Shown piece by piece: positions 59,287 to 64,000 of a stretch of DNA of 64,000 nucleotides (positions are counted from its first letter, which is position 1; each line of letters opens with the position of its first letter). The notes beneath the pieces are model-generated. The model made no database searches and was not told where the DNA came from. It was given only the letters and a program-made list of their open reading frames with translations. This DNA comes from Bacteroidales bacterium (GTDB lineage Bacteria > Bacteroidota > Bacteroidia > Bacteroidales > GWA2-32-17). The stretch lies in the NCBI GenBank assembly GCA_013314715.1, contig JABUFC010000002.1, positions 24,484 to 88,483 of the forward strand, given 5' to 3'. The translations under genes and the position numbers were made by a program.

Positions 59287-61191
59287 TTAATTTTTAATTA
59301 CAATCTGTTTTACGATAGATTGAAATTGTTTTAATGTTTCTAGTACATTTGATTTAATATGAATGTAATGTTGCAATCCCAATGTTTTAAAATGTTCGAT
59401 ATAATCTTTGGGAAATCCTGCCAAAACAAGAATAGTCTCATTTTTTAATGCCTCAATAATAACAGGCACAATTTCAGGATATTCTTCATCACTGGAGCAA
59501 ATTACAACGAATTCTGGTTTTGTTTTACGAACTTCATCAATTCCTTGTTGAATAGTAGAAAATCCAGGATTATCAATTATTTCAAATCCAGCACATCCAA
59601 AGAAGTTGATACTAAAATTGGCTCGAGCTTTACGCATAGCAAGGTTGCCATAAGTAAATAAGAAAACTTTAGGGCGACGTTTCATTTTTTCAGTTTCGAG
59701 ACGCAAATCTTCAAAAGCTTGAGCTCCACGATAAAGTTTTATGGGCTTATTAACAGTAGGCTTACCCGAAGGCATTAAGCCTGCCATTAAACAAGGCACC
59801 ACTTGTTGAGATATATTTTCTTTTAAATTTGGATATTGATTAGTTCCCAGCAATATTTCTTGACGCATGGCAATATGCATATCGCGTTTTTGCTGAGTAT
59901 TTTCAATCATTTCTTGTATTTTGCCTTCTTTAAATGCAGCAATATACCCTCCCATATCCTGTATTTGCATAAAGAGTTTCCAGCCTTCTTCAATGAGTGA
60001 ATTGGTAAGTGATTCGATATAATACGAGCCACCTGCAGGGTCAATTACTTTATCGAGATGTGCTTCTTCTTTTAAAATAAGTTGAATATTACGAGCTAAA
60101 TGTTGCGAAAAAGCGTCGGAACTCTTGTAAATGGCATCAAATGGTCGTACAGTAAGCGAATCGGTACCACCTAATACTGCCGACATTGCTTCTGTAGTAT
60201 TTCTTAACAAATTAACATATGGGTCGTAAGCTGTTTTATTCCAATTTGATGTTATAGTATGTATGTAAATAGGTAAATCTTCTGATTTTTGATCAAAAGC
60301 TTCTAATAATTTTCCCCATAAATAGCGAATGGCTCTGAGCTTTGCAATTTCCATAAAGTAATTGGAGCCAACACCCATATTGAGGCTTATTAAGTTTGCA
60401 ATTTCTTCAATAGCGTGTTTTTCGTTTTCGCTAAGCTTTGTAAAATATTCGGCAGCTATAGCTAAACTCAATGCAATTTCTTGAACTATGGTAGAACCTG
60501 CATTTTGGAAGAAATAACCATTTATGCCAATAAGCTTACCTTTTTGAACAACTTGTTTAAAAAATTTTATAAGTGAACTTAACTGTTCAAAAGTATTCTC
60601 TTCTGAAACAAAAAAGTTACCATTTAAAGTTAAATGCCCAATAGGATCGTAATCAAAGCTAACGTTTAATTTTGTTTTATCGAGTTTTTGTTTTTTTATT
60701 TCTTCATCGAGCATAGAAAGAATAACGCCTGTACTACATCCACTCACAAATCGAATAGGAGTTGTCTCTAAATTTATGCCATTAACCAATTCAGAAAACT
60801 CACTTTGTTTTTGGAATAAGTGTACTAAATCGTAATGAATTTTTTCTTGAATTATAAATTCAATTCCTTCAGCTCCTTTATTTAAAGCTTCTATAGCTTG
60901 TTTGTTAGCATTTTGAATGTTGCCTACATATACTTCTTCGAAAATAATCCAATTGTTATTTTGGGTTTTATGACTCCTGTAAAGAGGTAAATTTTTATCG
61001 TCGTGCTTAATCCAGGGTATCGATTCAATATCTTCTTTACGATAGTATGGTTTTACAGTAATACCCTCGTTCGATTTCCATATTAATTTTTTTTCGTAAT
61101 CGGCACCTTTCAATTCTTTGATAATAATTTCTTCCCACTGCTGAGTTGTAATAGGAGGAAATTCGCTAAACAATTTTTGCTTCGTACTCAT
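59287..61191 (-). CDS. mutA: Methylmalonyl-CoA mutase, small (beta) subunit
   Basis: 634 aa, homologous in layout to the alpha subunit (HLARNIQ). The C-terminal Rossmann-like domain lacks the DxHxxG cobalamin ligand (VVICSSDEEY). Confidence 0.8.
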   Translation of the reverse strand: MSTKQKLFSEFPPITTQQWEEIIIKELKGADYEKKLIWKSNEGITVKPYYRKEDIESIPWIKHDDKNLPLYRSHKTQNNNWIIFEEVYVGNIQNANKQAIEALNKGAEGIEFIIQEKIHYDLVHLFQKQSEFSELVNGINLETTPIRFVSGCSTGVILSMLDEEIKKQKLDKTKLNVSFDYDPIGHLTLNGNFFVSEENTFEQLSSLIKFFKQVVQKGKLIGINGYFFQNAGSTIVQEIALSLAIAAEYFTKLSENEKHAIEEIANLISLNMGVGSNYFMEIAKLRAIRYLWGKLLEAFDQKSEDLPIYIHTITSNWNKTAYDPYVNLLRNTTEAMSAVLGGTDSLTVRPFDAIYKSSDAFSQHLARNIQLILKEEAHLDKVIDPAGGSYYIESLTNSLIEEGWKLFMQIQDMGGYIAAFKEGKIQEMIENTQQKRDMHIAMRQEILLGTNQYPNLKENISQQVVPCLMAGLMPSGKPTVNKPIKLYRGAQAFEDLRLETEKMKRRPKVFLFTYGNLAMRKARANFSINFFGCAGFEIIDNPGFSTIQQGIDEVRKTKPEFVVICSSDEEYPEIVPVIIEALKNETILVLAGFPKDYIEHFKTLGLQHYIHIKSNVLETLKQFQSIVKQIVIKN

Positions 61192-61302
61192 ATTGATTTT
61201 GAATTTAACCGCAAAGTTAGCTATTCTATCTAAATGAAGATATGTTTTTTATCAGTAAAATGATAACTATTTTAGTTATAGTTTTGTTTTACCTATTTTT
61301 GT

Positions 61303-63138
61303 TTATGGTTTATCTTTTATCAATAGATAACCAGAAAAACTAATGGGTATATTGGTTTTATTTTCTATATCATATTCCATTCGATTTAAAATAAATTCAT
61401 ATCTATAAGTAGAACCAAATATTTCTTTCCTTAGATGTTCGGATTTTAAATTGATAGAGTTTGAATGTTTTGAAAGTGGAGTATATTTGTTTAATTCATT
61501 AACAAAGGCATGTAAATTTAATATTGTTTCGAGCTTATTATTTAATTTAATCAATAAACAACCTGTCTTTTTTTGCAACGATAATTCGAGATTTAAACTA
61601 TCATTAAGCTGAAAGTTTTGTTTATATGCAATTACTTCGTTATTAGAATAAACATTCAAAAAACAAATAAACAAAGAACTATCAACCTTTAATGAGCTAT
61701 TAACATCATTGGTATAAAATTCATAATTTGATGAATATTTATTAGCAAAATAATAAGGATTAAATGTTAAACCTACACTCGAAAACAATTCTGACATTTT
61801 ATCATAATAATTTATATAGTTCGATTTGCTATTATTGAAAAGTGAATCAATATTAACCTTAAAATATGGTTTAAGCGTATTGCTTCCGTGTGTTTCATAA
61901 AGATACAATGCAATTGAACTAAGGTCAGTTTGCGTTTTAGGATCCACATTTTTTTCGAAAGCATTGATTTTGCCTTGTTGTAACAAATCGTTTTTAACTA
62001 ACAAATATTCCCATCTTTTTATTTGCTGTTTTTTACAAATTCTAAACATATTCCATGGTCCACTCACTGAGAGAAAAGCTAAAATGATAAAACTAAATGG
62101 AATTACGCGTAAATCTTGAATTTTTTTAATAAACAAATAAATACTTAAAAATAACATCCATATTCCGAATAAAATTACAATAACACGATGCTCTGTTAAT
62201 CCATATTCTTGAATTCTTTTGAAAATAGCTAAAAAGTACATTACTAAAAACAGTACAATAAATATAAAATTGATAAAAACATACTTAACTAAAATTTTAT
62301 TTTCTTTATCAAAAAGCACAGGAAATGTTAAAACAATAATTAAAAGATGTATGATAGAATATCCCATAATTAAGCCCACCGTCCATCCAGATGGCCAAAT
62401 GCCAGAAATTATAATTTTTATTGAATATACGAATAAAATAATTCCATAAATTAAGTTTAAAGGTAATAATACATACAGAGCAAAGGTTCTGACCTCTTTA
62501 GGATAAAATTGTTTATTAGCATGATAAGTAAACTTTAATTGTAATCCACCTAAAATAAGCCATGGTAGTAGTAACATATATGAAAATGCAGAGATATAAA
62601 GGTAATATTTATAGTTGATGTTAACACCGAACAAAACATCGATAGCTAAAATAGCAAAAAGTAACCCCAGATAAATAATGGTACTAAAGAAAAATGAAAT
62701 TAAAATTCGTTTAATAAACTGTTTATTGTAATACCAAAAAGGCATTTGTTGATGAAAGCCAATAAAAGGTAAATAAAACATAGATGCTAAAAATGTTAAA
62801 AAAAGTATAAATGCTCGAATGTAATGTTTTTCAAATATTTGTTTGCTAGGTAAGTTAATAAAGAATAATATTAAAAATAAGAATCCAATAGCATTGATTA
62901 TAATATTGAACCATCTGCGAGTTTCGACTCGCTCTAAATATAAATTAAAAGCAACAAACAATGGTATGCCAAGCACGCTGGTTAGCAACAAATGCTGCCA
63001 TATACTAGCCTCATTTTCTTTGTAAATGAGAATAACAGTCGAAAAGAATGAAAGTAATATTAAAATTACAGGAATAGGAAAACGCCAAAATGTTTTAATC
63101 GTTTTACGCAATAAGTATGAAAAATCGAAAGCCTTCAT
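61303..63138 (-). CDS. Polytopic membrane protein (DUF4153-like)
   Basis: About 11 hydrophobic helices over the first ~370 aa, then a soluble C-terminal domain. The family assignment is from memory. Confidence 0.45.
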   Translation of the reverse strand: MKAFDFSYLLRKTIKTFWRFPIPVILILLSFFSTVILIYKENEASIWQHLLLTSVLGIPLFVAFNLYLERVETRRWFNIIINAIGFLFLILFFINLPSKQIFEKHYIRAFILFLTFLASMFYLPFIGFHQQMPFWYYNKQFIKRILISFFFSTIIYLGLLFAILAIDVLFGVNINYKYYLYISAFSYMLLLPWLILGGLQLKFTYHANKQFYPKEVRTFALYVLLPLNLIYGIILFVYSIKIIISGIWPSGWTVGLIMGYSIIHLLIIVLTFPVLFDKENKILVKYVFINFIFIVLFLVMYFLAIFKRIQEYGLTEHRVIVILFGIWMLFLSIYLFIKKIQDLRVIPFSFIILAFLSVSGPWNMFRICKKQQIKRWEYLLVKNDLLQQGKINAFEKNVDPKTQTDLSSIALYLYETHGSNTLKPYFKVNIDSLFNNSKSNYINYYDKMSELFSSVGLTFNPYYFANKYSSNYEFYTNDVNSSLKVDSSLFICFLNVYSNNEVIAYKQNFQLNDSLNLELSLQKKTGCLLIKLNNKLETILNLHAFVNELNKYTPLSKHSNSINLKSEHLRKEIFGSTYRYEFILNRMEYDIENKTNIPISFSGYLLIKDKP

Positions 63139-63176
63139 AATAGAATTATTTTTTGCTAAGTTATGCGAAAATATGT

Positions 63177-63902
63177 TTATTTCAAAATATCTCTGATAAT
63201 TTCTGAAGCAGCAAATGCCCCAAAAATAGGTGGCATATACGATATTGTTCCAACTACTGATTTTTTATTGGGAACACCTTCGATCGGTAACACAAGCGAC
63301 TTGTCAACCTTTTCGGTTGAAAACACTACTTTAAAGCCAGAATATACTCCTAATCGGTGTAGTTTTTTTCTTAAAATAAAAGCTAATCGACACTCAAACG
63401 ATTCGGCAATATCGGTTATACGAATTTGTTGTGGATCGAATTTACCCCCGCTTCCCATAGAACTAATTATATTTAAATTTAATTGCAGTGCATGATAAAT
63501 TAAAAATATTTTAGGCGACAAACTATCTATGGCATCTAACACATAGGTATAACGACTCTCCGACAAAAGATTGGTAATATTATCATCTTTTAAGTAAATT
63601 GTTCGTTTATTTACACTTATATCGGCATTTATATCTTTTAATCGTTGCTCAACAACATCGGTTTTGTATTTTCCTTCAGTGCTAATTAAAGCGGCCGTTT
63701 GTCTATTCCGATTTGATGCATTGTAAACATCAGAATCGACTATCGTTAGCTTACCTATTCCTGCCCTTGCTAATACTTCAGCTGCAAAGGCTCCCACCCC
63801 ACCCAATCCAACCACTAATACATGTGCATTTGATAACTTTTCTATACCTTTATCGCCCACAAGCAAACGCGTTCGACTCTGCCAATCATGATCGTTTAAC
63901 AT
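63177..63902 (-). CDS. tcdA: tRNA threonylcarbamoyladenosine dehydratase (ThiF/E1-like)
   Basis: Nucleotide-binding motif VVGLGGVGAFAAEVLARAGIGKLTIVDSD. Size and pattern fit TcdA/CsdL. Confidence 0.75.
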   Translation of the reverse strand: MLNDHDWQSRTRLLVGDKGIEKLSNAHVLVVGLGGVGAFAAEVLARAGIGKLTIVDSDVYNASNRNRQTAALISTEGKYKTDVVEQRLKDINADISVNKRTIYLKDDNITNLLSESRYTYVLDAIDSLSPKIFLIYHALQLNLNIISSMGSGGKFDPQQIRITDIAESFECRLAFILRKKLHRLGVYSGFKVVFSTEKVDKSLVLPIEGVPNKKSVVGTISYMPPIFGAFAASEIIRDILK

Positions 63903-64000
63903 ATTGTTTTTGTTTATTTTGGAGCAAATTTAAACAAATCCTTAATACTGTAAAAGTAACCATCATATAAAAACAAGTATTTTTTCTGTCAACTATGTAA

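Noticed and set aside
61192-61302. Possible cobalamin riboswitch upstream of the methylmalonyl-CoA mutase genes.
   Set aside because: The spacer is only ~110 bp and very AT-rich. It has no B12-box-like GCCACTG-type element or extended pairing.
1-64000. Mobile elements, prophage, CRISPR arrays, defence systems and rRNA.
   Set aside because: No translation resembles a transposase, integrase, recombinase, phage structural protein, Cas protein or restriction/abortive-infection component. I saw no regularly spaced short repeats and no rRNA-like sequence. The only repeats found are the two intergenic families and the 17-bp inverted repeat (7034-7164) reported above.

Overview
This AT-rich chromosomal window reads as an anaerobic member of the Bacteroidota. 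The lineage call rests on a PorV-like T9SS channel, two proteins with T9SS C-terminal sorting domains, TAnnTTTG-type -7 promoter boxes and S46/S9/C1 peptidases. The anaerobic call rests on rubrerythrin and a HydG radical-SAM maturase. I support about 50 coding regions and two tRNAs, Leu-CAG and Pro-CGG. I saw no rRNA, CRISPR array, transposase or integrase. Most genes are housekeeping: dnaB, uvrA, pyrG, rpe, ispF, rsmE, tcdA, ftsE and the methylmalonyl-CoA mutase alpha and beta subunits. There is also a small Wza/Wzc-type polysaccharide export locus. Six things look worth a second look. (1) A compact cluster of DUF134, NifX-like, DUF5320 and His-tailed NifX-like genes has a perfect palindrome abutting its promoter. 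(2) A hydG operon carries two tandem TM1266-like small proteins and rubrerythrin, with no hydA/E/F in the window. (3) A ~135-bp direct repeat includes the first three codons of two unrelated genes and brackets a ~3-kb aspA cassette next to tRNA-Leu. (4) A ~190-bp REP/BIME-like composite repeat occurs as two inverted copies 43 kb apart, each in the 5' region of a gene. (5) A 1263-aa T9SS cargo combines a propeller, a C39-like Cys peptidase, a LamG-like domain and a PKD domain. (6) A PHP-domain T9SS cargo is present. All functional calls come from reading motifs in the translations by eye. No database search was run, and repeat boundaries are approximate.
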